From: Dicyema japonicum
Taxonomy: Eukaryota > Animalia > Dicyemida
Length of the DNA: 64,000 bases
Assembly: GCA_011109175.1 (NCBI GenBank)
Contig: RDEW01000001.1
Span: 1,068,360-1,132,359, forward strand
Reading direction: 5' to 3'
Below are positions 36,905-50,921 of the stretch, piece after piece; the stretch's first letter is position 1; each line of letters opens with the position of its first letter. The notes under the pieces are model-generated. The model was not told where the DNA came from. It was given only the letters and a program-made list of their open reading frames with translations, and made no database searches. The position numbers and the translations under genes are program-made.

Positions 36905-38050
36905 TTGAGGACTTCTTTGAATTTGGATGCTTCTGTTGCAACACTACCGTCTGACATCGCATCGGCTGTGGAGTATGTATCTGTCGCGTGGAAAATCATC
37001 TTCGTCTTTATTTACTTCAGAAAAACGACTTGGACAAATGACAGTGGCTGTATTTATCAACCAGAACAAAATACCTTTCACGAAGAAACTGAAAATCTTG
37101 AGGATCACCTTAGACACACACATGTCCTTTTCATTTCACGTCGACGGCTTTTCTGGTGCTGCTCAAGAAAGTTGGGGATAATCGAATCTATTTTTTGTGG
37201 AATTTTTCCCAGCTTTGAAATCGTTGTACAAACAATTCATTGAGCCATCTGTCAGCTTTGCCTGTGCGTCATGGGGAATTAATCTGTCCTGGACGAACAA
37301 ACATGGAATCCGTGATATTCAGTCCTTAACAGCCACTACTATTAGTAATCTTGGGAAATTAGAAAAACTAATCCCCTCATCATTTAAGACTTTATCCGAC
37401 AAAATGGAAAGGGATTTGCTACCCTGTGCAGGCAGTGTAACTCTCAAAAAAACACAGCCACGACGTGCCTTATGGGAGGGATACATCACCCCTGTCCAAA
37501 TCCTATTCCACAACCACCCCGTCCAGAGAGAAGTTGCGTTGAATCCCAAGCGCACAAAAAGAGGATGAGAAATCTGATAGAGGCCTTCGAGATCACTTAA
37601 TTAATTTAGTAATTAAATTACTATTGGTGTTCTTTGGTTAATAATAGTCTGTCGCGTGGAGATTGGCGTAATCAGAGACTGCGTTTCACAGACTCAATTC
37701 AATATACCGAAAAACTATTCATATGATGGGCCCTCATTCTGAATCAATGGTTAATAATCCCCTAGTCACGGAAGCTGCGACCCGTAGTCGAGGAACCGGA
37801 CCCCTTCGGGTCTGTTGGAATGATGGAAACCCGTTTGGCCTATCTTTTCCAAGGCAAAAGTAGGTCGATTCGTCAGGAAGTTTTCCCCAATTGGATTCTT
37901 CTGCAGGGATGAGAGAAGGCTCTTTTGCACGGTAGTGGGAACAATGGAGACCACAGACGTTGGATGGCTCGTTTGATTGGAAAATTGGTATTACTAACTG
38001 TCTGACGTTTTTTTCTGTTTTTCTTTCTCGGTGATCGCAGGGTTTTAAAT
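36905..38050 (+). mobile_element. LINE 3' portion interrupted by a nested LINE (36993-37647) with a 13-bp target-site duplication
   Basis: TCTGTCGCGTGGA at 36980-36992 and 37648-37660. The inner element has ITLDTHMSFS, LYKQFIEPSVSFACASW and ends EIT* plus hairpin. The outer halves join to match 19480-19730. Confidence 0.8.
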
Positions 38051-38389
38051 AAATAATCAATTTATGAAAGTTTTGAGAAAAACTTTGAATTCAACTTCAT
38101 TTTTGGTGGGTTAGGTAATAGTCCTGGAATTCTCAACAAAGTCACCGGTCCTATTATCTGGTCTATGCCTTTTGAAGCAATAATAATCGAACGACAGTGA
38201 TGTGTAGCAAAGCCAATTCCGTAGTGGTTGCATTCGGAGTCTAGTATAAGTCTAAACTCTCCGTAATTCCCTCAACTGCATCTTCACTTTATTCTCCTGT
38301 ATACTGCATACAGTGACCTTATATGATGTTAAGTCACTTATCAAATCCTCCTTTTTCCGTTTTTCTTTAAGCCTCGAACGTTGAATGAC

Positions 38390-39640
38390 GCCTATGTGAA
38401 CAGATTATTCGATGCGTGTGAAATAGACATAATTTAAGGACCACGTCACCAGTTCAACCAAAATCCTCCCTGTGGTTAAAACCCTGAAATACTTGGTGTG
38501 ATATTTGATACTTTCTTATCTTTTTCAAAACACTTTTATTATGCGAAAATTCTCAAGATCAACTTACTCCGGGCCGTGGTAGGTACGTCATTTGAACAGA
38601 GCAATGAGAGCTTAGCGATTATCTACACACAATTTATCAGAACAACGGTGAATTATGATGTTCCTGCCTGAGGTCCATGTTTATTAATAACAAACGTCGA
38701 AAAATAATTTATTCAAAAACTCTCCCTAAAAGAATAATTACCACAGTCCTTGGGTTCCTTTCCTGGATTAATTAGTCATGACTGTTTGTGCTGGGCTTAC
38801 CAAATATTTTAAGCCTGGGGTTAATAATAATTACCGACTGTCAAAAAACCACACCAACTGACCACATACACTAGGAATCAAAAATCCTCCCACTTAGGTA
38901 CCATTTCATGATGGTCTGTCTACAATTACTTGATAATTGTAAAACGGTGGGACATCCAGCCCACAGCCTTTGAGTCTCCACAAACGACAGGGGAATTATT
39001 CCTACTCTTGGTGATCAAATTCGGTTTCTATGAACTATTCCAAAGACTGGACCCTCTCAGTTGCGACAGAAAACATTCCATGACTGGATATCAACTAAAA
39101 CCAACAGAAGCCTTGGAATAACGTATTCCTTCAGTTATTGACGGAAGCTAAACATCTCTACCACGAGTAGTTTGTGTCCACTCGCCTAATTGTGGTCACA
39201 ACATGGATTTACATTCATATCTGTCAACCTATCCATCAACATGAACATAATCCCTGAGTATGGAGAAATCTCCAATCAAACCTATGAACCACCATCCTAT
39301 CACTCAATATCTATTCAAGGATACCCGAAAGGCTTGTTCTTGAAAAAGTGCAATCTCAAACCTTCTTCCCAGCACGGATTCCGGGATAACCAGAAAATGA
39401 GAATTCTAAGTGCTCTCAAAATACTTAAATACCAAACTGAGAACCTTGCACAGTTTATGAACAATTTATCTGACCCACGATGATGTATGCAAGTCCTTAG
39501 TGGACAATTCAGATTTCAAGCTTCTCGATATAGAAGGTTTTACCCGATTCCATGTCCGATGAGAAGAGCTATATAGGATTCTTGACCCCACCGGACTCAT
39601 CGGTCTGGGATTACTCAGTATTTATTTACCCAATAATAAA
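38390..39640 (+). mobile_element. LINE RT and C-terminal fragments
   Basis: DAY-like motif, LKYLV.IFDTFLSF, QHGF, and a 3' end RSGIT at about 39600. A second 3'-end type, ggctta...taagcctggggttaataa, lies at about 38790-38830 (also at 3230 and 5700-5740). Confidence 0.6.
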
Positions 39641-39869
39641 GGACATTTGGTTATCTCGCATCTAGGGCGATTTTTGAGGTATTTGTTTATGGCTTCTTTG
39701 AGGGACTGTTTGGCGGACTAATACTTTGAAATAATCATTAAATTCTCTTGTGACGTCATTTCAAAGATACAACCAACTTCCTCTATGCTCCTCTGTTATG
39801 CGACTTCCTACGCAGAGTCTCCAGACCTTCAGATGTTAACAGTTCCATTTTATTTTAGATAGGTCAACG

Positions 39870-40200
39870 ATTACCACGGTTGGTAAGGTTCTTCTGGGCA
39901 TTCCCGATATTTTCTAGTAATTGATGACTTGAAGTAATTCTCCATTGCGTAGTTGGCAGAGGTTGAAGTATCTAGGCGTAGAATATGTCTAAAGAATTTC
40001 CACCGGTCTTCGAGGACTATCTCAACAGTTTTCTGACCTTGTAGAAGAGTACAATCTATTGGTTGAAGTCTGAAAGACAAATTAATCTTCAACGTTAGCG
40101 ATTTGTGAAACAGCTGAAATAAGCTTTATGGTTTCTTGATATTAGGTTTCCACCTAAATATCACGTGTTTAAGGATGCCTCTTCATATACTTAACTCATT
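39870..40200 (-). mobile_element. RTE-clade LINE 3' fragment
   Basis: RWKFFRHILRLDTSTSANYAMENYF; homologous in type to 50030-50450. Confidence 0.7.
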
Positions 40201-40286
40201 TTTATCCCTTAGAATTTTTGTTCCTCAGAAAGCTACATAATCATATATTCAGATAGCAATTACTCAGACATCATCGGCAACTTTTT

Positions 40287-40640
40287 AATTTATTGAACCG
40301 AAATCACCCTCATATCCAAAATAACCAAATTTCAGGTGATCCCAGCCTCCCTCAACAGTCTCCGTATCTTTTCTCAGTGCTCTGACTGCGTTCCTGTGCA
40401 TTCTTTTGACATGACGAGTCCCCACGGAAAAGTGCCAGGATGTGTAGGAAAAGCCGTCCAGAAGAACTCCTCTGGATGGTCGTTGACAAATGGTTCTTTT
40501 AGATACATTTTGACTCGTACCTGATGCCACCAGACAAGGCGAACCACATGACGCACGTTAATTAAGTGAATTAGGAACAGACGAACAAAACAGAAACTTT
40601 AGTCAATTAGCCACAAAGCACCATATAGCGCCACGCGGCT
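40287..40640 (-). mobile_element. Short bipartite non-autonomous LINE derivative (about 350 bp)
   Basis: 5' hairpin agccgcg...tgtggct (40609-40640), leader homologous to 5420-5540 and 63530-63620, and 3' end REAGIT* with a gggatcacc/ggtgatttc stem. Confidence 0.7.
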
Positions 40641-40859
40641 TATATCAATATCGGCATATATAAAAACGTGACCTTTTTTAATTTTAAATTTAAATATTTT
40701 ATTAAATTGTATTTAAAATTTATAACATAAATTTCGTTTTATAACGTGCTTTCTATTTTTTACTTAACCCAAAAAAATTTTTTTTCATTATATTAAGAAA
40801 TACAAAAGGATTTTGATTCGGTCCCGATAAAATTACTTACAATGAATATCTTTGTCTCA

Positions 40860-41640
40860 AATAATCCATACTAATTGAAAATTTGGATTGAAAACTTCCT
40901 TAACGAACGAAGAGGAAGGGTAGTTGTACGTTCCACGAAATCTATCACTAAATTTTGCCAAATGGGGTCCCACGTGGATCCCATCTGTCACTTATTTTTT
41001 CAACATCTTTATGAGCAATATGCCTTCCTGTATCACCGGCAACACTCTGATTCTCGCCTATGCTGATGATATAATGCAACAAGTGACAGTGTGTTCACAC
41101 TGCCCGTACTCACTTACAAGATTTACTGGACAACCTGAGCTTATGAGGAACCTATTATACACAAGGCCAGAAAAGTCTAGTACAATGATTTTTTACTTCA
41201 AATATCCTCGTCCTTTTAGCACGTAGTATCCTCGTCCCAAAGAAAACTAAACTTTATAAAAATACTTCTTGGAAACTACAAAGGTTGTTTCTACTCAACG
41301 TTAAGCTCAATCGATACTCAATAAATACGACAGATAATCAGCTATGGCTGTGCTTCATGGGAGACAAACCTGTCAACACGAACCTGAAAAGATTAATGTC
41401 TTTCAAGCAACAATCACTGGGAACCTACAAAGTATCTCATCTCCCCCGTTAATTCCAATTCCTTTCAAAAAACTTGTTAAGAGTACGGGAGCCCTAGTGA
41501 TATCTAAGAAATTCCGAAAAGTGTCTCGTACATACATGACCACAAAGAAAAGATAAGACGGTTGCTTAAGGAAGCTGTGATCACCTGACGTGCACGTATT
41601 CCCTTTTAATTTGTTATTGATTCTTGGTTTTAAATAAATT
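40860..41640 (+). mobile_element. LINE RT and C-terminal fragment
   Basis: KIWIENFLNERRGRV, LILAYADDI; ends EAVIT*. Confidence 0.75.
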
Positions 41641-42089
41641 AAAAAATCATTCACCTCCATGCTAGGTTGTCCATACAATAAATTTATTGAACTAATCATC
41701 AACGACGGTTCCCCCATAGTGAACTACTTTAACGAAAACAAACTTAAGCAAGATCGAAAATTTAGGGCATTTTGATAATTTGGTCCCTCAAATGGTGGTC
41801 GGAGTGTATGAAGTTAATCCCCAATATTAGATAATGTGTCTGACAAAAAATTGTTATTGAACAATCGATTCTCCCATTTAATCGATAAGAATACTAATTT
41901 TGTTAGGGGATCTGAAGATATTCTAATTTTGCTAGATCTGATGAAAATCCTGTTTTGTCTATTTTTTAATGATTTTGAAATTGAAATCCGTATTCATTTT
42001 GTGAATTCGTGTTTGAATGATTCTTATTGGTTTTCTACCCTCACCTCAAAGTCAAGGGCCTTAACGACTGGTAGAAGAGGCATTAACTA

Positions 42090-42420
42090 TGTCTGAATCT
42101 TGAGAAATATCGATGCTCAGTCTGCTGTTTCCAAGAGACGAAGGTCAGAGGAGGACTTGACGAACGTTCTGAAAACCTTAGAGTAATCCTACTCCCATAA
42201 GACTGCAACTTCTATGGACAGGTTTCACTAGACAGCTAATCTCCACCGTGAATGTGTACACCACACATAGTGGACTAAAGATCAGAGGAATTGGACGCTT
42301 TTTACGAAGAACTTTCCAAGAATGTATTTTACCCGAAGTCTTCCTCATTCCTCTTTATTGCGAGAGATTGGAATGCTAATACGAACATTTTATTGGATTA
42401 CACGGAAGGGGGTATCAGGA
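42090..42420 (+). mobile_element. RTE APE fragment
   Basis: CCFQETKV, ELDAFYEEL, RDWNA. Confidence 0.65.
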
Positions 42421-42479
42421 ACTATTTACCACTGCTCTAGCATATTTCAGCAATTCCTTTGATTTGTTCCTATGCAACA

Positions 42480-43780
42480 CTCAATTCCAACATTCGATCG
42501 GGAAAGTGACGCTTATGGTCGGGAAACCCTATTTTTACATCTAGGCGATTATAGATGGGCTTGGACCAAAAACACCAGACGTCTCAACTGAGATCGTTTG
42601 GAATCTGAATCTATCTCCAATGCCTCGGTACTTAGATTCTTTTCGAATTTTCAATAGTAATCGGAACCTCAAGAAGAAAACCGATAAAAGAGAAAGGAGC
42701 TGGCTCATTGAGCGCATTTTCTTGCAAATCGTAAGCGGAAATGCGTTTTCAATTATGAGAGCAGCCAGCAGTTGCTAACTGTTTGTTTTGCGTTATATAA
42801 ATGATTAAATTCTTTAAAATAACTTTTTTTTCTACCCGTTAGCCTGAGAGGACTGGGAATCCCTTCACCGAAAGATCTGGCTTGCCCCGTGTATCTGTCC
42901 TCTTTGGGCTTCAGCCGACTGCTGATCAGATGATTCTCCAACTCCAAACAGAATCATCTGAAATCACAGATATGGATCATTTGAGAGTGAAGATGCCTGA
43001 TCAGAAAGACCGTTACAGGACCATCAGCGAAGATAAATATGAGAGGCTTCTGAACCAATCAAACCAACACAGACGTGTCTGTCTAGTCACTGGAAAATGC
43101 GAATGGCACTTGGATCTATGCACTCCTCGTTAGTAGTGTCGGGACCCATCTTGACGACGATACTGTCCGCATCGTATCTCCACCAGACTAGCACTGGAGA
43201 CTTGCCTGGACTTACAAATGCCGGTGTGGATTGTTATGGACATCATGCCCTTTCGTTTCGAAGAAGTGCAGACGATTCCCAAGACACAAGGCGATCAACG
43301 GAATTGTCAAGCGAGCCATGGAGTCTGCGGGATACCCCGCAATACTTAAATCTGTTGGCCTGGACAGAGGAGACGGAAAACGGCCTGACGGGATCACAAT
43401 TTTCCCATTCGAAGAGGGAAAACCTTTAATCTGGGATGCTAGTTGTGTCGACCCATTTTGCCCATCCAACATTGTCGGGAGCGCGGTAACCATACTGCAT
43501 GCCGCGGAAAAAGCAATGAAAGCAAAGGAAAAAAATATAAAGCATCGCACGATCGGTTCACTTTCTATCCCATTGTGGTCGAGACAACTCGAGGAATAAA
43601 TGTGAAATCCCTTCGCTTCCTAGAGAAACTTGGACGCCTAGTTACACTAAAAAGCCGCGACACACGTGAGACTCGGTGGCTTTTTGAGTTGATCTCTGTA
43701 GCAATCGTGAGAGGCAACGCAACGTCGATAATGTCGGCGGGGTCCAGTTCGGATGGTTGGCAGTTAAATTAATAACATTA
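42480..43780 (+). mobile_element. CRE-clade fragments (two 3' RLE regions)
   Basis: RERSWLIERIFLQIVSGNA at about 42690-42750. RHKAINGIVKRAMESAG...DGKRPDGITIFPFEEGKPLIWDASC...IAIVRGNA-type end at about 43280-43770. Confidence 0.85.
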
Positions 43781-44539
43781 TTGACTGTATTTCAAATAAT
43801 AATTTAAAAAAACAGAAAGAAAATTGACCGCGCGGAGTTGAGTCTCTCGGCACAGAATTGACACCACTCAATCAGTATTACGATCTCTTGTTTAGATACC
43901 CTTTTCCTTTTGTGGGAGGCTGGAATTACTTAGGTAAGAACCCTAGTTTTTTTCGCACCAAATAACAGAAACTGGAAATTCCATCCCGGATCTGAACTAT
44001 GATGCGAACCGTGCACGAATCATACGCTCATTTTCACCACGCGGCCATCAATTTTTTAATAAAATTTATATATTTTCCTAAAAAAAATACTTGAACTAAA
44101 TCAAACTAAAAAATATTTTCTAAACAGAACAGTTCTTAACAAAATTTTGCGACAATTTCTAAATGTAGCTATAGAAATTTTTATATCGATATTTTCTAAT
44201 AAATTTGGGACTCCAAGACATCGAAAGACAATAAGATATATAAATGATCGTAGGTGATTTATTATAATAGCCCTTCATATTTCCACAAAACTCCACTTGG
44301 GCTGGATGCGCACTTTCTTTTAAGGGTAGAAAGATTTGCTAATTAGCAGGGATGGAGCCAATGCATCATTAATGTTCTTAGTAGGGCGATTTTTGTCCAT
44401 AAAAAACACATGATTTTTAAATTGTTTAAAATATCTAAAAATATAATTATTAATCAAAAATATTATATAAATAAAAGTTATAAGGTCAACAAAAGACAAA
44501 AATGTTGGTCAAAATTTAATTTTTTGAGGTCTGGAGTAC

Positions 44540-45480
44540 TTCCCAAATTTGTCCGCTACGTCCTGTTCTCCACCAATTTGATTGCCTTAGATAAGTCAAA
44601 GGAGAGACAATATCCTAGAGGCGTGTATGGAAAGATATTTTCGAAATTGTGAATCAATCTTATAGTCTGACTTCATCTTTACTATTCGGTGTCTACCTAA
44701 TCCCTTCGTCTTCCGGAGTGCAACAAGGAGATCCCCTTGACCCCTGTTGTTCTGTCTTGCAATAGAAAGAATCACCAAACTTCTGTACTTGCCCCACAAC
44801 CTATGGTATCTCAAATGATGCGGTTCTCAGAGGACCCCAGCTACTGTCTTCCAGGATATGGAGGTGATAATTCGAGTTCTGTCAAAAGTTGGACAGGAAT
44901 TATAATGCAGAAAATGTGAAATCTATAACCGTGGACTTTGTCATCTTTGATCCCTCGAAGAGAACAAGACATTGGAACAAGACATACTCATGGAAGCAGG
45001 TCAGAATCAAGGGCTTGGAGTTCGCAACCCTGTAGACGTTTATATCTCCCTGCATGTCTCTCGTCTGTAATGACCTGTAACACCCTTGTCAAGAAGATTC
45101 TGAACTCTCTTCCTGATTTCTCTACTGACCTGGACGTCGGCCATGCTCGTGAGGCCTGGAGACGTACTTATCAGTCTTCCAACCTTCATTGAACTCTCAA
45201 CGGGGTCTGGACGATGCTGTATGCCCAAAGTCATTTGAAGATCTGCTGGTGTTATCTAACCAACATCGCCATGCTTTTTTTATTGTAGGGGCGTCTTCTG
45301 AGAGCGATGCCTGGCTCAATGACATTCCTAATGGATTTTTGGGTACCTTCATGGATGATGAATTCGTCCGTATTGAGATCTCATTAATACTCAGATTAAA
45401 TGTCTGTGTTCCGCATCCATGCCGATTAACAAATAAAAAAGATAACAAGTCACTTGTGATTGGTGGAAGAAGCATCTGTT
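44540..45480 (+). mobile_element. CRE-clade RT fragments
   Basis: FSTNLIALDK, LGVRNP, WLNDIPNGFLGTFMDDEFVRIEISLILRLNVCVPHPC. Confidence 0.7.
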
Positions 45481-45694
45481 CAAAGACTGAAACTGTTCCA
45501 GCGTTTCTTAAAGAACTCAGAAAAAATCATTTCTCCAAAGAAACGATAATCGATTTGGCTATAAGATTTGTAAGTAGAATTGAACAAAACCTTGATTTTT
45601 AGAACGCTTGGTGTTCCAAATCGAGGTCACACTGTAATAGTAAAAAAGGCAAATTGATTAAACAGTTAGGCCTGCTAGTAGATTAAAATAGTTA

Positions 45695-46077
45695 TTAGAA
45701 AGCAAAGAGAATGAGGAAGGACATCATCAAACAGAACAATCCCATAGCCTCGGACATGGCGAACCCAATGATGGCATAGGAAAACAATTGATTCTTTAGT
45801 GAGGGATTCCGGGCGTAACCAATCACTAAATTTCCGAAAATACTTCCAATTCCGGCACCTATAAGTCAAGGCACAACACACCAGATCCAGCAGATCCAAC
45901 ACAGGCTGCTCCAGCTCCGATATATCGGGCAGCCTGGTCAATGTCCCTTTTGACTGCAGATGTGTGGATCTGAGTGGTTCTAGTCACTCTCACACCAGCA
46001 ATGTTACTGGTAAGAAGGCGCTAGGGATAAATATTCCATTCTACCTGAGAAAACTGAGCAATTTTTCTTGGAATCAT
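45695..46077 (-). CDS. ATP5MC: ATP synthase F0 subunit c with mitochondrial presequence; 111 aa, introns 46021-46044 (24 nt) and 45859-45881 (23 nt)
   Basis: Spliced: [14 protein letters not shown]...[82 protein letters not shown]. Confidence 0.97.
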
Positions 46078-46179
46078 TACTTTAAATATAAGCAAAACAA
46101 CTCACACTAAGGCTTATTGATATCTTAATTATATATTTTTAATAAATTTATATTTAAAATTATATTTTATAGAATATTG

Positions 46180-46965
46180 TCATAAAAGAGAGTGCCGTGG
46201 CCGAGTAATAAAAAATAACACCGAATCCAATAACGATGTACTACTCTCATATGCGGACGACATTGTTTTGGCCTCGCGTGATCGGGATATCCAAAATGCT
46301 ACAAAAAGATTACAAATTAACCTGGACCTACTCAACGCCTTTGTAATGAAGAACCGACTCACGATAAATTCCAGAAAGTCGGTCAAGTCTATGTTTACTT
46401 TGGACAAATGGTTGGGGAAGATGACTGTCAAGTTAAAATTGGACAACGTTGAAATCCCCTTCAGTAAATGTCAGAAGATCCTGGGCGTGACACTGGATAC
46501 GCACTTATGTTTGTCACCACACGTGGCCAACATTGTCTGAAGTGCGAGAAGAGGATCAATGTATTAAAATGTTTATCTGGAATATGGAAGACAGGTACCC
46601 ACCCAGTCTTGATGAACATTTACAAACAATACATCAACCATGCTTCTTGTACGCGTGTGCTTCGTGGAAACCTTCATTATCATGGACGAACACTAAGAAA
46701 ATCGAGGACGTTCAAAAGAAAGCTTTCAGAATGACGGAGCGGTTGTCTTGTGGAAGACACAGAACCGGACCGACTACTCTGGAGGCCCTCATTAACCAAA
46801 ACTCCGGTATGCGGGAAGGTGGCCCTGCAAATACAGTCAGCCGCCAAGTACGAGCTTGTGTGGGTACGAGGGAGGAGCACCGGGAAAGAATGAGGATTTT
46901 GGCGGAACGCATCGGGATCACGTGATAGTTAGTTTGTTCTACCGTGTTCTTGGGTGTTAAAAAAT
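46180..46965 (+). mobile_element. LINE RT C-half and 3' end
   Basis: LLSYADDIVL, KILGVTLDTHL, YACASW; ends ERIGIT* with a gggatcacg/cgtgttctt stem. Confidence 0.85.
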
Positions 46966-46975
46966 GTTTTAACGT

Positions 46976-47265
46976 GGCCGCGTGGCTATGTGTTGCTATG
47001 TGGCTAGTATGTCAAAAAATATTTTCCCTCCTTTTGATGGCATCATTGCATCCACTTTACTGAGGAGACGCCCAATGCCAGAACGGCATCAAGAGGACTC
47101 GAGGCGGCCGGAATCACCTGACGGCTCTGTAGTTATTTAATTTGTCGGTGATTTTTGGTTTTTAATAATAATAATAATGTCGTTTCCTGGAGACAAGTTC
47201 TGGGACGCGGGAACGAGTTAGGATCAAGGAGTTAGTTAGTTTGGTTACCCTTGGTCTTTGGAATT
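46976..47265 (+). mobile_element. Short bipartite element (46976-47165) followed by another LINE 3' end
   Basis: 5' hairpin ggccgcg/tgtggct; 3' end AAGIT* with a ggaatcacc/ggtgatttt stem; then a ggatcaagg/ccttggtct stem at 47221-47257. Confidence 0.6.
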
Positions 47266-47469
47266 ATTTTAATTTAAAAGAGAGTGCCGATCTAGTGTTT
47301 CATTGAGAGCCAGTATTTACAGCACTATTGGTTTTCATGAGTCACCTGCTCGTGGAGAAAACTGCCTACATTTGTAGCGAACAGACCTAATTTATTTCCC
47401 TTAACAAGCAACTACCAAATAGTTTACTTGGTGGTGGATACGAGACGTGCTTCAAACTACCGTTCCCTA

Positions 47470-48900
47470 GATTAATATTTTAGTATATTGTTAGGTTCAG
47501 CAGTCGCAAGGGCAATGGACAAATTGAAATTGGTCGTTCCCCTGTACCAGACAACATCAACCCAGAATTTCTTAAATACGGACCTTCAGTACTAATTGAT
47601 TAAATGAAAACAGTTCCAAATACTAGTTTATAGAAAGGAACATCAATCCCTTGGATCTGGACGACTAATACTTATTCAGAAACCTCTACAGAGGTCTACT
47701 ACCGAAGGCAGTGGAAAAATTTCTGTACTCTGACTCGCTTTCAAATCCAGACTTGAATCTGACGGTCAGGAGACCCCCTTGAGCGTTGCTGGTTATTTGA
47801 ACGAATCTCGCTCCCCTGGGAATAGCCACCCAGTAAAGGCGGCCGCTACTTTTCGTAATAAATTGATTTATTAAACAATAAACAAAAAGTCACTTACTTC
47901 TATGTCCAATCGCTCCTTTGCTGTCAACGAAAGTCTGTACTACATCTAACTTAAACTCTGTCTTGGATCTGCTGCCCCTATGGCTCCTCATGTTAGTTTC
48001 GTGTTATTTTGTATTTTTCGTAGTGAATGGACAATATCTGTCTATTTTAATAACATTTTCTGGAGTTTCTTGTTTCACTACATTAAAATACATTGTGAAA
48101 GCAAGTTCCGTATCTTTTATGAGTTCATTCTTTTAATTTCTCCCTGCTGTCTTCTTCACTGCTAGTACGTTGCGGACGAGCACTTTCTTTTTGGAATTGG
48201 TGTCCATTCTTTTTTTTCGATTAGTGTCTCCATGGGCGTCGGTGATTTAATGTTTTTCCCTGTGACCATTTCTTAATTAGCTTGAAAGCCTTTTCTGGGT
48301 TGCGGAGATTTTCTGGATGTTCGTATAAGAGGCCAGTGGTCCCCATGAAGTACACGCATATGAAATGCATGGTTCGATGTACTGTGAGTAGAGCGTTTTA
48401 AGTATAAGGTGATGTCCAATTTTCCATAGACCTGTTAGGCATTTCAGAAATAAAGCTGAGTTTAAATTTCGTTATTAATTTCCCCAATTTGGGGGATTAT
48501 TACTATTAAAATAATAAATCTCAATAAAATCAAGGTTTTCTTCAAAAAAGAGGTTTTCCGCAAAACGATATCTGACTGTTTATCATTTCGGCTAAGGCTA
48601 TACAACGCCTTTGTTAAACCAGTCCTACTCCATAATTCGTCAACGTGGATAATTCTTAAACTGACAACTCGGGAGTTTCATCGGAGAGGAGACGAGCAAT
48701 GTCATTTATTAATAATCATGAGACAAAAGGAGGTCCAAGAGGCTCTCCTTTTAACGTGTTAGGACGAGAGAATTAATATTTACCGAAGAGTAGAACAACG
48801 CAGTCCAAAGACTGGTTAACTAGTGGATAATATTGAGGCATCTCTTCACACGTGCTTCCAGAAAATAACCTCCTAGATTGTGAAAGGGGTTTTTGAAATC
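47470..48900. mobile_element. Mosaic of RTE RT (+), CRE 3' end (+, 47760-47880) and LINE 3' fragment (-, 48190-48450)
   Basis: PDNINPEFLKYG; ERCWLFERISL; LYSQYIEPCISYACTSW; LRLYNAFVKPVLLHNSSTW. Confidence 0.7.
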
Positions 48901-49019
48901 CACTTTACTATGACGCATCATGAGTTTTCCAAATTTTAGAATAAAATAAAAATAAAATAAGCCAAAGATTCGCGGCCGACCGTACTAAAACTCTCACTTG
49001 GGAGGGCCAAGGAATTTTA

Positions 49020-49680
49020 CCACGAGAAGGATAGAACTTTACAGACGATGTTCGCAGTCAGCCTTCTGAAATGAAACCGACAGCAATTGTACGAATCACA
49101 CCATCTTTCTTGTCGAGAGCGATTACATGACGGATCAATTCGAAGAATCTTCCTGACAGGATGAGGTTCACAAAGGATGTTAGTGTGGTTGTGATCCAAA
49201 AAAGAGCGAATTTTGTTTTTCATATTTGAGGTGAGAGAACCATTCAAAAGGTGAATGCAAAATGACCAAAACTGATTAAAAGCGTCCGAAATGAACTTGA
49301 ACACACGACATCTTCAATAATATCCGAAAGGGCACTAGTAGCAGGAGACCTGCAGCCTTCGGGATTCTTACTGGGATAGTTCGGAGATCAAACGGAGTAG
49401 AAAATTCAGGTCAAGATGTCCTAGTTGATCACGAAGAATCGTTCTGCCTATCTAGACCAAGATAGTGACAAATTTTAAAGACTCTCGTGGATGTCTTAGA
49501 GTGTATGACACAACCAGGATAAATGAAACTTTTACAAATGCACACATGATATTCCATTTAGCGTATTGATGAGATCGTAGGAAGAACATGCGAAATGTGA
49601 TTTTTAGGCTCAATTTTCGCCTTTTTTCTTCCTGAGTTAGAATTTCTGACTTATCCAAAATAATAGATATCCAAATCTAG
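49020..49680 (-). mobile_element. CRE-clade 5' fragment with degenerate PHD remnant
   Basis: RIPKAAG, KKDGVIRTIAVG; a GISCVH..KFHLS-like Cys/His remnant at about 49500-49560. Confidence 0.6.
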
Positions 49681-50029
49681 TCCATTATCATTATGACATA
49701 AGTGCATAAATAATTAGGTTATCAGGAAATATATTTTTTACCTTTGTTATTGAAGATAAGAAGAGTGAAGTATATCAAGCTTGGGAAGTAAGAATTCTAA
49801 ACAATATTATGCTCCAGGGGATAGAGAGAACACTTTTTTGTACAACTAAGTGCAAAAAAATGAGTCATGTCTGTGTCCTTTTTGAAAAGTAAAGTTATAA
49901 AAATTATGGATATTTACTCTTGGAATAACTATGAAGAAATTCTTGAGGAGAATACGAGTGGAGTACTTGATTATTAAATTTACTTCAATGTAGCATATTT
50001 TAATTATTAAATTTGAAATGGTCCTTATC

Positions 50030-50450
50030 CGTAAATTCCGACAGATCGGATTTACAACGCTTACACGTGTTTTCCTTTGAGTACAGTTTAAATCGGTAAT
50101 TCCAGATCAACTGGCCTTTGAAGATCTCTACTACAAACCTTTATGATAAATGCAAATCCGACGTGCTGTCAGATGATATTTTCAACCAGAATGGAGCCCT
50201 TTTGGCCACATGTTGAGTCTAAATGACCAGGTCCCTGCGAATGTCGCAATGGACAACTACTTGCACACATAGGAGCCGGATTCCGTAGAGGACCCAGAAC
50301 GACACTTCCAACTATCTTGAACGAAGACGGTTGGTATGAGACTAACTTCGACGGACAACCTGGACTACCTAAGAGAACTAGCGCGCAACAGAAGATCATG
50401 GTCGAGGCTGACGGAGAGGATGATTCGGAATACGGCACAAGGGAATCTTA
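50030..50450 (+). mobile_element. RTE-clade LINE 3' end
   Basis: GPRTTLPTILNED...LRELARNRRSWSRLTERMI. Confidence 0.75.
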
Positions 50451-50921
50451 ATTAACTTTATGTTTTATGGAAGTGCTTTTAATAATAATTAAATATGACA
50501 ATTGAAATAATTCACAATAGGACTTTAATTAAAACAATTCACATAAATTTATTTCAAATAATTAGGAAAAGCAAATTTACCTTGAATTTGTCCAATTGTT
50601 TCATTGGCGGTTAAGTCAAACCATCGCTTCCTTTACGTATGATGGAAAAGAAACTATTGACCTTCCTAAAAAGCTACCTTTCCATTGTATAAAAAATCAA
50701 TTTTTTTAATTTTGCGCATAAAAGAGAGAAATGATAGTTTGGTCTAGATATTCGCCTGACTATTCCTGTCATTAAAATTATAAAATAAATTTACCACAAG
50801 GAAACACGTTATTAGTAAGTCTAAAATTAATTATAAATATTAAAAATATTAAATTATAATATTTAAAAATTAATTAAGGGATATACGACACCTAACCTAT
50901 ACGAATTGAGTAATTTAACCA

